Shown: positions 9,656 through 19,642, counted from the stretch's first letter. The stretch: 41,043 nt of DNA from Thermoplasmata archaeon (GCA_030040915.1 JASHSI010000083.1:1-41043); one strand, 5' to 3'. The notes: generated by a model not told the origin, from the letters alone. Program-made: numbers and translations.

Positions 9656-11224
9656 CTACGCTCCGATCTGGAGGAAGTGCGTGGCGGCGAGCTGGATCCC
9701 CGAGATTACCGGGCCCGGGTAGATCCCGAGCGCGACGATCGCGACGGTGGCAAGCAGGATCGCGCCGGCCCGGCCGGCGCCGATCCCGCCGAACCGCCCC
9801 GAGCCGGTCGCGCCGACCCCCGCCGAAGCCGGCGACGGCTCGAGGAACATCACCTTGAGGACCCGAGCGTAGTAGAAGACGGAGAGCGCGCTGTTGAGGA
9901 GGCCCGCCACCGCGAGCCAGACGAAGTAGCCCTGGGCCTGCACGGCGGCGCTGAAGAGGACGAACTTCGAGACGAACCCCACCGTGAGCGGGATCCCCGC
10001 GAGCGAGAGGAGCATCAAGGCGAACGGGACGCCGAGCGATGGCCGGCGGTTGCCGAGACCCCTCCAGTCGTCGATGAGCGGCCCGACCCCGATCGACGCG
10101 GCCGCCCCGACGACCAGGAACGCCCCGGTCTTCATGAACAGGTGCGCGAACACCTGGAACGTCGCCCCGGCGATCGCGGGGCCCGTGCCGACCGCCACGC
10201 CGATGAGCATGTAGCCGGCCTGCGAGATCGACGAGTAGGCGAGCATCCGCTTCATCTCCTTCTGCCGGAGGGCGAGGAGGTTCCCGACGGTCATCGTCAG
10301 GACCGCGAGGACACCGAGCGTGATCTGGAGGCTCGGGCCGAATCCGCTCGGGAGCGCCGACGGCATCCGCTCGGCGAGCAGGAGCGGTCCGAGGAAGACG
10401 AGGAAGAAGGCGAAGACCCCCATCTTCTTCGACCCGCCGGCGAGGAACGCCGAGACATCGTCCGGCGCCCCGTCGTAGACGTCGACCGCCCAGGCGTGGA
10501 ACGGCACCGCGGTCACCTTGAACCCGAGCCCGGCGATGAGGAGCGCGTAGCCGACGGTGGCGAGGTAGGGGTAGCCGACGTAGCCGGTCGCTGCCCCGAG
10601 CGCGTAGAAGCTGGTCCCGCCGTACGCCCCGAACAATAGCGAGGCGCCGAAGAAGGAGAGCGCGGTCGACAGCGCCCCGATGATGAAGAACTTCATCGCG
10701 GCCTCGACCGGGCGCGGCTCTTTCCTCGGATAGGCGACGAGGAGGTAGGTCGAGAGGCTCGTTACCTCGATGGCGAGGAGCAGGAAGATGAGGTCGGAGG
10801 CGACCGCCACGAGGAGCATCCCGAGCGTGGCGAGGAGAAGGAGGCCGAAGAACACGGCCGCCCCGGGCTCATGCGAGGGCCGGGACAGGCTCGCCAGCGC
10901 GACTAGGAACGCCGTGAGGAGGAAGATCGCCTGGAAGACCAGGCCCAGGCTCGTGAACGCGTAGAGCGTCGGACCGAGCGGCTGGTCGATCGCGCTCGCC
11001 GGGATCGTCGAAAGCGCGTGCAGCGGGGCGTAGCCGAGGTCGCCGATCACCACGAGCTCGCCGAGGGCGGTGACCGCCGCCGCGATCCCGCCGAACACCT
11101 CGAGGCGCTTCACCCCGAGGACGTCGAGGAGGAAGACGAGGAGCGCGCCCGCGAGGAGGAGGAGCTCCGGTAGGAAGTCCAGGAGGTTCACCGTCGACCG
11201 ACCCCCGCTACGGCCACCCGGCAA
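9656..11224 (-). CDS. nuoN: NADH-quinone oxidoreductase subunit N (antiporter-like)
   Basis: Polytopic Mrp-antiporter-like protein in the last position of the nuo order. Start is ATG 11224 (17-nt overlap with nuoM) or GTG 11191. Confidence 0.85.
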   Translation of the reverse strand: MPGGRSGGRSTVNLLDFLPELLLLAGALLVFLLDVLGVKRLEVFGGIAAAVTALGELVVIGDLGYAPLHALSTIPASAIDQPLGPTLYAFTSLGLVFQAIFLLTAFLVALASLSRPSHEPGAAVFFGLLLLATLGMLLVAVASDLIFLLLAIEVTSLSTYLLVAYPRKEPRPVEAAMKFFIIGALSTALSFFGASLLFGAYGGTSFYALGAATGYVGYPYLATVGYALLIAGLGFKVTAVPFHAWAVDVYDGAPDDVSAFLAGGSKKMGVFAFFLVFLGPLLLAERMPSALPSGFGPSLQITLGVLAVLTMTVGNLLALRQKEMKRMLAYSSISQAGYMLIGVAVGTGPAIAGATFQVFAHLFMKTGAFLVVGAAASIGVGPLIDDWRGLGNRRPSLGVPFALMLLSLAGIPLTVGFVSKFVLFSAAVQAQGYFVWLAVAGLLNSALSVFYYARVLKVMFLEPSPASAGVGATGSGRFGGIGAGRAGAILLATVAIVALGIYPGPVISGIQLAATHFLQIGA

Positions 11225-12677
11225 TCGGCGAGGCGACGATCACGTGGACGAGGAGCTCCGGGAGGATGCCGAAGAGGATCGTGGCGCCGGCGAGCATCGC
11301 CATGCCGAGGAGCTCGAACCTCGGGAGGTCGTGGACGGTCGGCGGGACCCCCTTTTCCGGGCCGAAGAGGACCCGCTGCATCATCCACAGATAGAACGCC
11401 GCGGTGACGACAAGGACCACCAGGGGAACGACGACCCAGTAGCCGATCCGATCCCACGCCGCGAGGAACGCGGCGAACTCGGCCGGGAAGCTGATGAGGG
11501 CCGGCAGGCCGAGCGAGGCGAGCGATCCGACCATCACCATGGTCGATAGCGCCGGCGTCCTCGGCGTGATCCCGCCGATCCCGCTGACGTCGCGCGTGCC
11601 GAAGGTGTGGTGCACGCTCCCCGAGACCATGAAGAGGAGCGCGCTCACGATACCGTGGGCGAACATGAGCAGGACCGCGGCCGTGATGCCGAGGGAGGAG
11701 CCGACGGCGATCGCGAGCAGGACGATCCCCATGTGGTTGATCGACGAGTAGGCGACCATCCGCTTCAGGTCCCGTTGGGCGAGCGCGATCACCGCCCCCC
11801 AGATGATCGACGCGAACGCGACCGCGTAGAGGAGCGGCGCGAGGTCGCTCGCTCCGGTCGGCAACAGCTCGACGGCCCACCGGATGAGCCCGTACCCGCC
11901 GAGCTTCAGGAGGAGCCCCGCTAGGAGGACCGACCCGCCGGTCGGGGCCTCCACGTGGGCGTCGGGGAGCCAGGTGTGGAACGGGACGATCGGGAACTTG
12001 ACGCCGAAGCCGAAGAAGAGCCCGAAGAACAGGACGACCTGCGTCACGGGCATCAGCGTGCGGGCCGGGCCGTAGAGACTCTCGAAATCGAACGACGACG
12101 CCCCCGAGTAGAAGGCGAGGGCGAGCAGGCTCACCAGCATCACGATCGAAGCGACGTGGGTGTAGACGAAGAACTTCAGCGCCGCATACCGGCGGTTCGG
12201 TCCCCCCCAGAACCCGATGAGGAAGAACATCGGGATGAGGACCGCTTCCCAGAAGAGGAAGAACAGCAGGATGTCGAGCGCGACGAACACCCCGAAGCAT
12301 CCGAGGCAGGTCAGGAGGACGAGGCCGAACCACTCGGCGGGGCGCTTCGACTCCTCCCACGAGTAGACGACGGTGGCGACCTGGAGGATCGCGGTGAGCA
12401 GGATGAAGATGAGGGAGATCCCGTCGATTCCGATCGTGTAGTTGACGTGCAGCCAGGCGATCGAGATCCACGAGTAGCTCTCGTAGTCGTTGTAGAGCGG
12501 TAGGTGGCCCGAGGCGAAGCCGGCCCACTGCGAGAAGCCGGCGATGAGCCCCAGGACCTCGACGAGGAAGACGAGCGAGCCGGCGAGCGCGACATAGCGG
12601 GCCCGCTTCCCGGCGAAGAAGGTCGCGAGGGTGCTGACCAAGAGCGTCGCGAGGACGATCGAGAGGATCGGCGCCAC
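11208..12677 (-). CDS. nuoM: NADH-quinone oxidoreductase subunit M
   Basis: Antiporter-like, with VPFHTWLPDAHVEAPT motif. GTG start lies 1 nt after the nuoL stop. Confidence 0.9.
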   Translation of the reverse strand: MAPILSIVLATLLVSTLATFFAGKRARYVALAGSLVFLVEVLGLIAGFSQWAGFASGHLPLYNDYESYSWISIAWLHVNYTIGIDGISLIFILLTAILQVATVVYSWEESKRPAEWFGLVLLTCLGCFGVFVALDILLFFLFWEAVLIPMFFLIGFWGGPNRRYAALKFFVYTHVASIVMLVSLLALAFYSGASSFDFESLYGPARTLMPVTQVVLFFGLFFGFGVKFPIVPFHTWLPDAHVEAPTGGSVLLAGLLLKLGGYGLIRWAVELLPTGASDLAPLLYAVAFASIIWGAVIALAQRDLKRMVAYSSINHMGIVLLAIAVGSSLGITAAVLLMFAHGIVSALLFMVSGSVHHTFGTRDVSGIGGITPRTPALSTMVMVGSLASLGLPALISFPAEFAAFLAAWDRIGYWVVVPLVVLVVTAAFYLWMMQRVLFGPEKGVPPTVHDLPRFELLGMAMLAGATILFGILPELLVHVIVASPIAGWP

Positions 12678-12678
12678 G

Positions 12679-14664
12679 CTACGACCCTCCGAGGTGGGCG
12701 ACGATCCACGGCGCGACGACGAGCAACAGGAGGAGGAAGCCGACGAGGCCGCCGATCACGTAGGCGGCGTAGTCCGAGACGATCCCCGTCTGGACCTTCC
12801 GCAACTGGTCCGAGCCCCGAGCGAACGCCCGCTCGATGCCCCGGATCGTCCCGTCGATCACGTAGCGTTCGACGAAGTCGGCGGCCCGGGAGAACCCGTA
12901 GACGGCCCGGAGGCCGATCCAGTCGTAGCCCGCCTTGAAGTAGTAGCGGTTGAGGAGGACCGAGCGGACGCGGTCGGCCGCCGATCCCGCCGGCACCTCC
13001 ACCATCCGGCCGTTCCCGAACAAGGCGTAGGCGAGGCCGATCCCTCCGAGGACGAGCCCGAAGGAGACCGCCGAGAGCGCGAGGTCCGTCGCGGAGAAGC
13101 TCGGCGGGACGCCGCCGCCGGCGAGCAGGCTCGCGAACGGCGGGTAGAAGGCGAGCCACCCGGCGCCGAGGGCGAGCGCCGAGAGGACGATCAGCGGGAG
13201 CCGCATCACCCAGGGCCCCTCATGGGCCTCGGGGAGCGCCGGGTCCCTCGGGGCGGGCCCGCCGAACGCCAGGAAGAACGCGCGGAAGATGTAGTAGGCG
13301 GTGAGGAAGACGGTGAGGAGCGCGAGGAGGAAGAACGGCCAGTAGAGCGGGTGCGCGCTCGTGGCGGCGAGCACGGAGCCCAGGATGTCGTCCTTCGAGA
13401 GGAACCCCGACGTGAACGGGAAGCCCGACAGGGAGAGCGCGCCGAAGAGGAACGCGAGCCCGGTGATCGGGAGCTTCTTCCAGAGTCCCCCCATCTTGCG
13501 GAGGTCCTGGGTCCCGACCGCGTGGATGACCGACCCGGCGGCGAGGAAGAGGAGCGCCTTGAAGAAGGCGTGCGTGAACAGATGGTACATCCCCACCATC
13601 GTCACGCCGGCCCCGACGGCGAGCACCATGTACCCTAACTGGGAGATCGTCGAGTAGGCGATCACCCGCTTGATGTCCGTGTTCACGACGGCCATCGTCG
13701 CCGCGAAGAAGCAGGTGAACCCCCCGATCGCCACGATGGCGAGCTGGTCGGTCGCCGTGAAGCCCAGGAAGATCGAGGTGACGGCGAGGAGGTAGACGCC
13801 CGCGGCGACCATCGTCGCCGCGTGGATGAGCGCGCTCACCGTCGTCGGCCCCTCCATCGCGTCCGGGAGCCAGACGTGGAGGGGGAACTGGGCGGACTTC
13901 CCCGCGGCCCCGGCGAGCATGAGGAGCCCCGCGATGGTCAGCGTCGTGCTGTTCCCGCCCGAGATCCCGGCGAGGAAGGGCTGGGTGCCGTTCGCGAACT
14001 TGAACCCGCTCGCCGCCCAGCCGGCCCCCGGCCCGCTCGTCGCGAAGGTGGCGAAGTAGAGGAAGATCCCGAGGAGGAACAGGACGTCCCCGACCCGGGT
14101 GACCAGGAACGCCTCCTTCGCGGCCGAGGCGGCGGACGGCTTCTCGTAGTAGAACCCGATGAGGAAGTAGGAACAGACGCCGACGAGCTCCCAGAACAGG
14201 AAGAACTCGAGGAGGTTGTCGGAGAGCACGAGGCCGTTCATCGCCGTCAGGAACAGCGAGAGCTCGGCGTAGTACCGGGGGAGCCCCCGGTCGTGGTGCA
14301 TGTACCCGATCGAGTAGAGCATCACGAGGAAGCCGACGACCGTCACGACGATCAGCATCAGCGCCGAGAGCGGGTCGACGAGGACCCCCATCACGAGGTT
14401 CACGCCGTTCGGGAACGTCCCGGGAGAACCGGGCACGGAGAGCCAGGTGAAGCTCTGGTCCGTGTACGTCCCCGGCCCCATCATCTCGGCGGCCGCCACG
14501 AGGAGGCCGACGACCATGGCGACGAACGCGCCGGCGACGGCGACCCATCCGCCCCACTCGAGCCGCTTGAGCCGGTTCCCCGCGAGCCCGACGATGACGA
14601 ACGCGACGAGCGTCGACAGCGGGACGAGCCAGGCGTAGTCGAGCGCGAACGAGAGCCCCGTCAA
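12679..14664 (-). CDS. nuoL: NADH-quinone oxidoreductase subunit L
   Basis: 661 aa, with FPLHVWLPDAMEGPTTVSALIHAATMV motif and a long C-terminal helix region. TTG start. Confidence 0.9.
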   Translation of the reverse strand: MTGLSFALDYAWLVPLSTLVAFVIVGLAGNRLKRLEWGGWVAVAGAFVAMVVGLLVAAAEMMGPGTYTDQSFTWLSVPGSPGTFPNGVNLVMGVLVDPLSALMLIVVTVVGFLVMLYSIGYMHHDRGLPRYYAELSLFLTAMNGLVLSDNLLEFFLFWELVGVCSYFLIGFYYEKPSAASAAKEAFLVTRVGDVLFLLGIFLYFATFATSGPGAGWAASGFKFANGTQPFLAGISGGNSTTLTIAGLLMLAGAAGKSAQFPLHVWLPDAMEGPTTVSALIHAATMVAAGVYLLAVTSIFLGFTATDQLAIVAIGGFTCFFAATMAVVNTDIKRVIAYSTISQLGYMVLAVGAGVTMVGMYHLFTHAFFKALLFLAAGSVIHAVGTQDLRKMGGLWKKLPITGLAFLFGALSLSGFPFTSGFLSKDDILGSVLAATSAHPLYWPFFLLALLTVFLTAYYIFRAFFLAFGGPAPRDPALPEAHEGPWVMRLPLIVLSALALGAGWLAFYPPFASLLAGGGVPPSFSATDLALSAVSFGLVLGGIGLAYALFGNGRMVEVPAGSAADRVRSVLLNRYYFKAGYDWIGLRAVYGFSRAADFVERYVIDGTIRGIERAFARGSDQLRKVQTGIVSDYAAYVIGGLVGFLLLLLVVAPWIVAHLGGS

Positions 14665-14676
14665 CCCGTTCCCATC

Positions 14677-14994
14677 CTACGACTTGAGCGCGTTCGCCTC
14701 GGCGACGTTGATCGACCCGCGCAGGCGATTGAGGGCGAGGACGATGGCGAGCCCCACGGCCACCTCGGTCGCCGCGAGCCCGATGAGGACGACGGCGATC
14801 GCCTGCCCGCTCAGCGCCGAGGCGGAGCCGGAGAACGCGGCGAAGTAGACGAAGTTCAGGACGGCCGCGTTGATCGCGATCTCCACCGAGATGAGCAGGA
14901 GGATGAAGTTGCGACGGGTCAAGATGCCGAACAGCCCGATCGCGAGGAGGCCCCCCGAGAGCGCGAGCAGGCCGGCCGGGGAGAACGCGCTCAT
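14677..14994 (-). CDS. nuoK: NADH-quinone oxidoreductase subunit K
   Basis: 105-aa 3-TM protein in the conserved position. ATGA overlap with nuoJ. Confidence 0.88.
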   Translation of the reverse strand: MSAFSPAGLLALSGGLLAIGLFGILTRRNFILLLISVEIAINAAVLNFVYFAAFSGSASALSGQAIAVVLIGLAATEVAVGLAIVLALNRLRGSINVAEANALKS

Positions 14995-15479
14995 TCGCGC
15001 CCCTCCCGAACGAGGTAGATCGCGCCCGCGAGCGCGCTCAGCATCGCGAGGCCGAGCAGGATGAGCCAGGGTCCGTCGGCGTTGAACAGCTGGGCGGAGA
15101 GGAGCGCCGGATCATAGGAGTGGACGACGCTCCCCGACTGCGGGAGCTCTTCGGTCCCGAGGAGCACGAAGGCGAGGGAGAGGCCGGCGAGGGCGACCGG
15201 GGCCGGGCCGATTCCCGTGGCCGCCTCGCGCGAGAAGATCCGCTTGCGGGTGACCATCACCCCGAAGAGGAGGAGGATCGTCACCGCGCCCGCGTAGACG
15301 CCGAGCTCGAGGACGCCCAGGAACGGGGCGAGAAGGAGGAAGTAGAGCGCGGCGAGGTCGATGAAGAAGATCGCGACCCACAGGATGGTGTGCACGAGCT
15401 CGCGGACGAGGAGGGCGTTGAGCGCCGTGACGATCGCGACCGCCGCGATCAGGAGGAACGCGAGTTCCTCGTAGATCAC
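14991..15479 (-). CDS. nuoJ: NADH-quinone oxidoreductase subunit J (start re-called to GTG 15479)
   Basis: The hydrophobic 162-aa C-terminal part of track ORF 14991..15998 starts (M)IYEELAFLLIAAVAIV. GTGA overlap with the nuoI stop. Confidence 0.8.
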   Translation of the reverse strand: MIYEELAFLLIAAVAIVTALNALLVRELVHTILWVAIFFIDLAALYFLLLAPFLGVLELGVYAGAVTILLLFGVMVTRKRIFSREAATGIGPAPVALAGLSLAFVLLGTEELPQSGSVVHSYDPALLSAQLFNADGPWLILLGLAMLSALAGAIYLVREGRE

Positions 15480-16249
15480 GGATGGGTCCCCCAGAACAGG
15501 CACTCCTTCGGGCAGACCGAGATGCACGTGCCGCAGCGGACGCAGTCCGAGTCGTTGATGACCGGCTCCTTCCAGATCCGGCGGGGGAGCTTCTCCCCGG
15601 GCTTCGCCGTCGGCTTCGGGGTGTCGACCATCGTGATGCACGACGTCGGGCAGTCCCGGGAGCAGGCGTTGCAGCCGATGCACAGCGGCGCGTCGAGACG
15701 GATCGCGTCCTCGTTCTCCGGACGCTCGAGCCGGATCGGGTTCATGGGGAGCTTCCGCTCGAACACCTCGTGGAGCTTCTGGGGCGAGTAGATCATCTCC
15801 GAGCGATTCGGGGTCGAGAGCTCGTAGCGGGTCGTCATCGAGAGGCAGCCCTCGGGGCAGGCGTCGGAGCAGAACCCACAGTAGCTGCACTTGCCGTAGT
15901 CGATCTGCGGGCACTTCTTCGGGTGCTTCGGGTCCCCGCCGGGCACCGTGACCATCTCGATGCACAGGTCGGGGCAGCTGAACGCGCAGAGGTTGCACGA
16001 GATGCAGGTGGCGATGTTCAGCGCGTGCACGCCGCGGTAGTTGTCCCAGATCGGCCCGACGCCGATCGGATGGCCGCTCTCGACCTTCACCTCCTCCCGG
16101 AACGAGGGGTCCTCGAGCCGCTCGAACGGGTAGACGATCGTGGACGGGCGCACGAGGCTCTTCACGAACTGCCGGGCGGCGGTGGCCATCGGTTTGACGA
16201 TCAGGAACGCCGCGTTCGGGCCCTCCTTCGGTTCGGTGCTGGCCGCCAT
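15476..16249 (-). CDS. nuoI: NADH-quinone oxidoreductase subunit I with an extra C-terminal 2x[4Fe-4S] ferredoxin module (257 aa)
   Basis: Four CxxCxxCxxxCP motifs: CISCNLCAFSCP, CSYCGFCSDACP, CIGCNACSRDCP and CVRCGTCISVCP. The ATG at 16249 lies 5 nt after the nuoH stop. Confidence 0.88.
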   Translation of the reverse strand: MAASTEPKEGPNAAFLIVKPMATAARQFVKSLVRPSTIVYPFERLEDPSFREEVKVESGHPIGVGPIWDNYRGVHALNIATCISCNLCAFSCPDLCIEMVTVPGGDPKHPKKCPQIDYGKCSYCGFCSDACPEGCLSMTTRYELSTPNRSEMIYSPQKLHEVFERKLPMNPIRLERPENEDAIRLDAPLCIGCNACSRDCPTSCITMVDTPKPTAKPGEKLPRRIWKEPVINDSDCVRCGTCISVCPKECLFWGTHP

Positions 16250-16254
16250 CTTGC

Positions 16255-17355
16255 TTAGCTCCCCAGCCCCGGCACGCAGCCGAGGACCGGCAGGCAATGG
16301 GCGGCGACGACCGCCGCCGCGATGAGGACGGAGACGAGGGCGAGCGGGACCATCCGCATCCAGCCGACCCGCAGGAGCTGGTCGGTCCGGACCCGCGGGA
16401 GCGAAGCGCGGACCCAGACGAAGACGCCGAAGACGAGGTAGGTCTTCACCATGAACCAGAAGATCCCCGCGAGCGGGAAGCTCGTCAGCGCCGCCGGGAC
16501 GTAGGAGGGGAGGGTCCACCCCCCGAGGAAGAGGAGCACGATGAGGATGCTCCCGATGAGCGCCCGCAGGTAGTCGGCGAGCATGAAGAAGGCGAAGAGC
16601 ATCCCGCCGTACTCGGTGTTCCACCCCTCGACGAGCTCGGCCTCCGCCTCGGGGAGGTCGAACGGGATGCGTTCCATCTCGGCGAGCATCCCGGCGACGA
16701 AGACGATGAGGGCGAGGAAGAGGGGGAGCGCGAACCAGTAGTTGCGCTGCTCCGAGACGATCGTGGTGAGGTCGAAGCTCCCCGAGAGGACGACCACCGC
16801 GACCACGGCGATGAGGATCGGGACCTCGTAGGCGATCATCTGGGCGGCCGAGCGCATCCCGCCCATCAGGGAGTACTTGTTGTTCGACGACCACGCGCTG
16901 AGGAAGATGAACAGCGGTGCGAACGAGAAGATCACGAGGGCGAGGAGGAGGGAGAGCGGGAGCGAGCCGTTGTCCCAGCCGGTGGAGATCGGCAGGATCC
17001 CGAAGATCACGAGCGAGCTCACCATGTACGCCGTCGGCCCGCCGTAGAAGCCGAGGGAGTCCGCCTCGCGGGGCTTGTAGGTGTTCTTGCGGAACAGTTT
17101 CAGGCCGTCGGCGAAGTTCTGGAGGAGCCCGGCGTAGCCGACGTGCATCGCCCCGCGGCGGTCCATGAACCGGCCGAGGAGCTTGCGCTCGTACCAGATC
17201 AGCACGATCGTGTTGATCATGCTCGCCGCGAGCAGGATCGCGCCGAACACCACGTCGGCGATGATCGTGACGAGCCAGGGCGGCAGGAACGGGAGGAGGT
17301 AGGCGATCCCCCCGGCGACGAGGGCGGCCACCCCGTAGAGGCTCTGGACGGTCAT
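16255..17355 (-). CDS. nuoH: NADH-quinone oxidoreductase subunit H
   Basis: LAEMERIPFDLPEAEAELVEG signature, polytopic. SD GGAGGGAG upstream. Confidence 0.92.
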   Translation of the reverse strand: MTVQSLYGVAALVAGGIAYLLPFLPPWLVTIIADVVFGAILLAASMINTIVLIWYERKLLGRFMDRRGAMHVGYAGLLQNFADGLKLFRKNTYKPREADSLGFYGGPTAYMVSSLVIFGILPISTGWDNGSLPLSLLLALVIFSFAPLFIFLSAWSSNNKYSLMGGMRSAAQMIAYEVPILIAVVAVVVLSGSFDLTTIVSEQRNYWFALPLFLALIVFVAGMLAEMERIPFDLPEAEAELVEGWNTEYGGMLFAFFMLADYLRALIGSILIVLLFLGGWTLPSYVPAALTSFPLAGIFWFMVKTYLVFGVFVWVRASLPRVRTDQLLRVGWMRMVPLALVSVLIAAAVVAAHCLPVLGCVPGLGS

Positions 17356-17371
17356 CTTCCCGGGCTCCCTC

Positions 17372-18517
17372 CTACCGGTCGACCTCGCCGACGCAGACGT
17401 CGACCGAGCCCATGATCGGCGGGATGTCGGCGACGTGGTATCCCACGAGGTATTTGTGGGCCGCGCTCAGGTTCACGTAGACGGGGGAGCGGAACTTGAC
17501 CCGGTAGGGGTGCTCCCCGCCCTCGTTCACGACGTAGGCGTTCGCCTCCCCGTGCGGCTCCTCGATGGCCGAGAGACCGACCCCCTTCGGGTAGTTCCGC
17601 TTGAGGAGGTAGCCCTCCCGGCCGACCGGGGCGTACGGCGCGCCGAGCCAGCGGGGGAGGTTCGGGGCCATCACGGGGCCCGGATGCTTGTCGAGCCAGT
17701 CGACGACCTGCCGGAGGATGCGGACCGATTGGCGCATCTCCTCCATCCGGACGAGGTAGCGGCCGGTGACGTCGGCCGAGTCGGCGATCGCCATGTCGAA
17801 GTCGACCTGGTCGTAGATGGCGTAGGGGCGGTCCTTCCGAAGGTCGCGGCGCACCCCGGCGCTTCGGAGCATCGGGCCGGTGACGCCGTAGGCGATGCAG
17901 TCGTTCGCCTTCAGCACCCCGAGGTCATCGCAGCGCTTGCGGAAGATCTCCGAGCCCATGCAGAGCCGGTCGTACTCGACGAACCGGTCCATCAGCCAGT
18001 CGAGCGTTTTGCGCATCCGGTCGGTCGTCCCCGGGGGGAGGTCGTTGCGGACCCCGCCGACGCGCATGTACTCGTAGGTGAGGCGGCCGCCGGTGAAGCT
18101 CTGGAAGTGGTCGAGGAGGAGGTCCCGATCCCGCATCCCGTAGAGGAACGGGCTCATCAGGCCCAGGTCCTGGACGAACGCGGCGTACCACATCACGTGC
18201 GAGGCGATCCGCTGCATCTCCTCGCAGAGGACCCGGATCCAGAGGGCGCGCGCCGGGGGGGTGACGTGGAGCGCCTGCTCGGCGGCCTGGATGTACAGGT
18301 GCTCCCACGCGATGCCCGCGACGTAGCAGGTCCGGTCCATCAGGGTGATGACTTCGTTGTAGTGCCGGTCCTCGCTGATCTTCTCGATCCCCCGGTGCAG
18401 GAAGCCCATCTCGGGGTCGATTTCCTTCACGATCTCCCCCTCGATCTTGACGCGGAGGTTCCACAGGCCGTGCGTCATGGGGTGCTGCGGCCCCATGTTG
18501 ATCCACATCTCAGACAC
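17372..18517 (-). CDS. nuoD: NADH-quinone oxidoreductase subunit D
   Basis: NMGPQHPMTHG and C-terminal GSVDVCVGEVDR. Start is GTG 18517 or ATG 18508. Confidence 0.92.
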   Translation of the reverse strand: MSEMWINMGPQHPMTHGLWNLRVKIEGEIVKEIDPEMGFLHRGIEKISEDRHYNEVITLMDRTCYVAGIAWEHLYIQAAEQALHVTPPARALWIRVLCEEMQRIASHVMWYAAFVQDLGLMSPFLYGMRDRDLLLDHFQSFTGGRLTYEYMRVGGVRNDLPPGTTDRMRKTLDWLMDRFVEYDRLCMGSEIFRKRCDDLGVLKANDCIAYGVTGPMLRSAGVRRDLRKDRPYAIYDQVDFDMAIADSADVTGRYLVRMEEMRQSVRILRQVVDWLDKHPGPVMAPNLPRWLGAPYAPVGREGYLLKRNYPKGVGLSAIEEPHGEANAYVVNEGGEHPYRVKFRSPVYVNLSAAHKYLVGYHVADIPPIMGSVDVCVGEVDR

Positions 18518-19013
18518 GGCGCACCTTCACCTCGAGCTCCTCCGGCTCGTGGAGCTTGAACGACCTCAGGAGCGGGTGGAACGCGTAGCCGTCGGGCATG
18601 AGGAGGTGGCGGAGGTCCGGGTGGTGGTCGAAGCGGATGTCGACCATCTCCCACGCCTCGCGCTCGTGCCAGTTCGCGCTCGGCCAGACCGGGGTCGCGC
18701 TCTCGATGTGCGCGTCCCTGGCGGCGATCCGGGTGGAGAGGAGGAGGTAGTTGCGGCGGAGGTCGGACCAGACTAGGTAGATCACCTCGCGCTCCTCGAC
18801 CCAGTCGATCCCGCCGACCATCGAGAGATGATCGTAGCCGAGGTCGGAGCGGACGACTCGGAACACCTCGAGCGCGGACTCGGCGCGGAAGCGAACGCGC
18901 CCAGCGGTCCCGGGGAGCTCCTCGAAGGCGAGGACCGCCTCGGGAAGCTTCTCCTTGAGCCGTCCGGAAATCTCCTCCGACGTCATTCGACCCGTCCCGC
19001 CGTCCGTGCCCAT
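18510..19013 (-). CDS. nuoC: NADH-quinone oxidoreductase subunit C (start re-called)
   Basis: NWHEREAWEMVDIRF motif. The ATG at 19013 is 20 nt after the nuoB stop, with an alternative ATG at 18986. Confidence 0.85.
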   Translation of the reverse strand: MGTDGGTGRMTSEEISGRLKEKLPEAVLAFEELPGTAGRVRFRAESALEVFRVVRSDLGYDHLSMVGGIDWVEEREVIYLVWSDLRRNYLLLSTRIAARDAHIESATPVWPSANWHEREAWEMVDIRFDHHPDLRHLLMPDGYAFHPLLRSFKLHEPEELEVKVRRV

Positions 19014-19033
19014 GGCGCCGCCCCTCGGAGCGG

Positions 19034-19642
19034 CTACTCCTGGCGCTCCCGGATGAGCTCCTCGAGCTTCAGGATCCCGTCGAGGAGGGCCTCGGGCCTC
19101 GGCGGGCAGCCGGCGATGTAGACGTCGACCGGGACGAGCTTGTCGACCCCGGGAACCACCGAGTACGCCGTTCGGAACGGCCCGCCTCCGGTGGCGCAGT
19201 TGCCCATGGCGATGACCCACTTCGGCTCGGGCATCTGCTCGTAGAGCGTGATGAGCTTGTGCGCGACCTTCCAGGTCACGGTCCCGTTCACGATCAGGAG
19301 GTCGCACTGCCGGGGCGAGGAGCGCGGCACGACGCCGAACCGTTCGGCGTCCCATCGGGCGCCGAAGGCGCTCGCGAACTCGATCGCGCAGCAGGCGAGC
19401 CCCCAGTGGAGCGGGAAGAGCGAATTGCGCCCGGCCCAGTTGAAGACCGGCCGGATGAGCTTGCCGTGGGCCCGCTCGGCGAGGAGCGAGGTGAGCGCCT
19501 CCTTGGCCGCGGGGATGAACTGCTGCGATCGGAGCCCCTCGATCTCGAGGAACGGCACGGCCGGGGCGGTGACCTCCGCGACGCCGGCGGAAGGGATGGC
19601 CACGGTGGGAGGGGCCTCGATCGCCTTCGCCGGGGCGCTCAT
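19034..19642 (-). CDS. nuoB: NADH-quinone oxidoreductase subunit B (start re-called)
   Basis: N2-cluster motifs [20 protein letters not shown] and [16 protein letters not shown] overlap with nuoA. Confidence 0.92.
   Translation of the reverse strand: MSAPAKAIEAPPTVAIPSAGVAEVTAPAVPFLEIEGLRSQQFIPAAKEALTSLLAERAHGKLIRPVFNWAGRNSLFPLHWGLACCAIEFASAFGARWDAERFGVVPRSSPRQCDLLIVNGTVTWKVAHKLITLYEQMPEPKWVIAMGNCATGGGPFRTAYSVVPGVDKLVPVDVYIAGCPPRPEALLDGILKLEELIRERQE

Noticed and set aside
11191-11224. 17-nt nuoM/nuoN overlap, considered as a possible frameshift or fusion.
   Set aside because: Both frames are intact, and short overlaps are common in this operon. An alternative GTG at 11191 removes the overlap, so there is no evidence of disruption.
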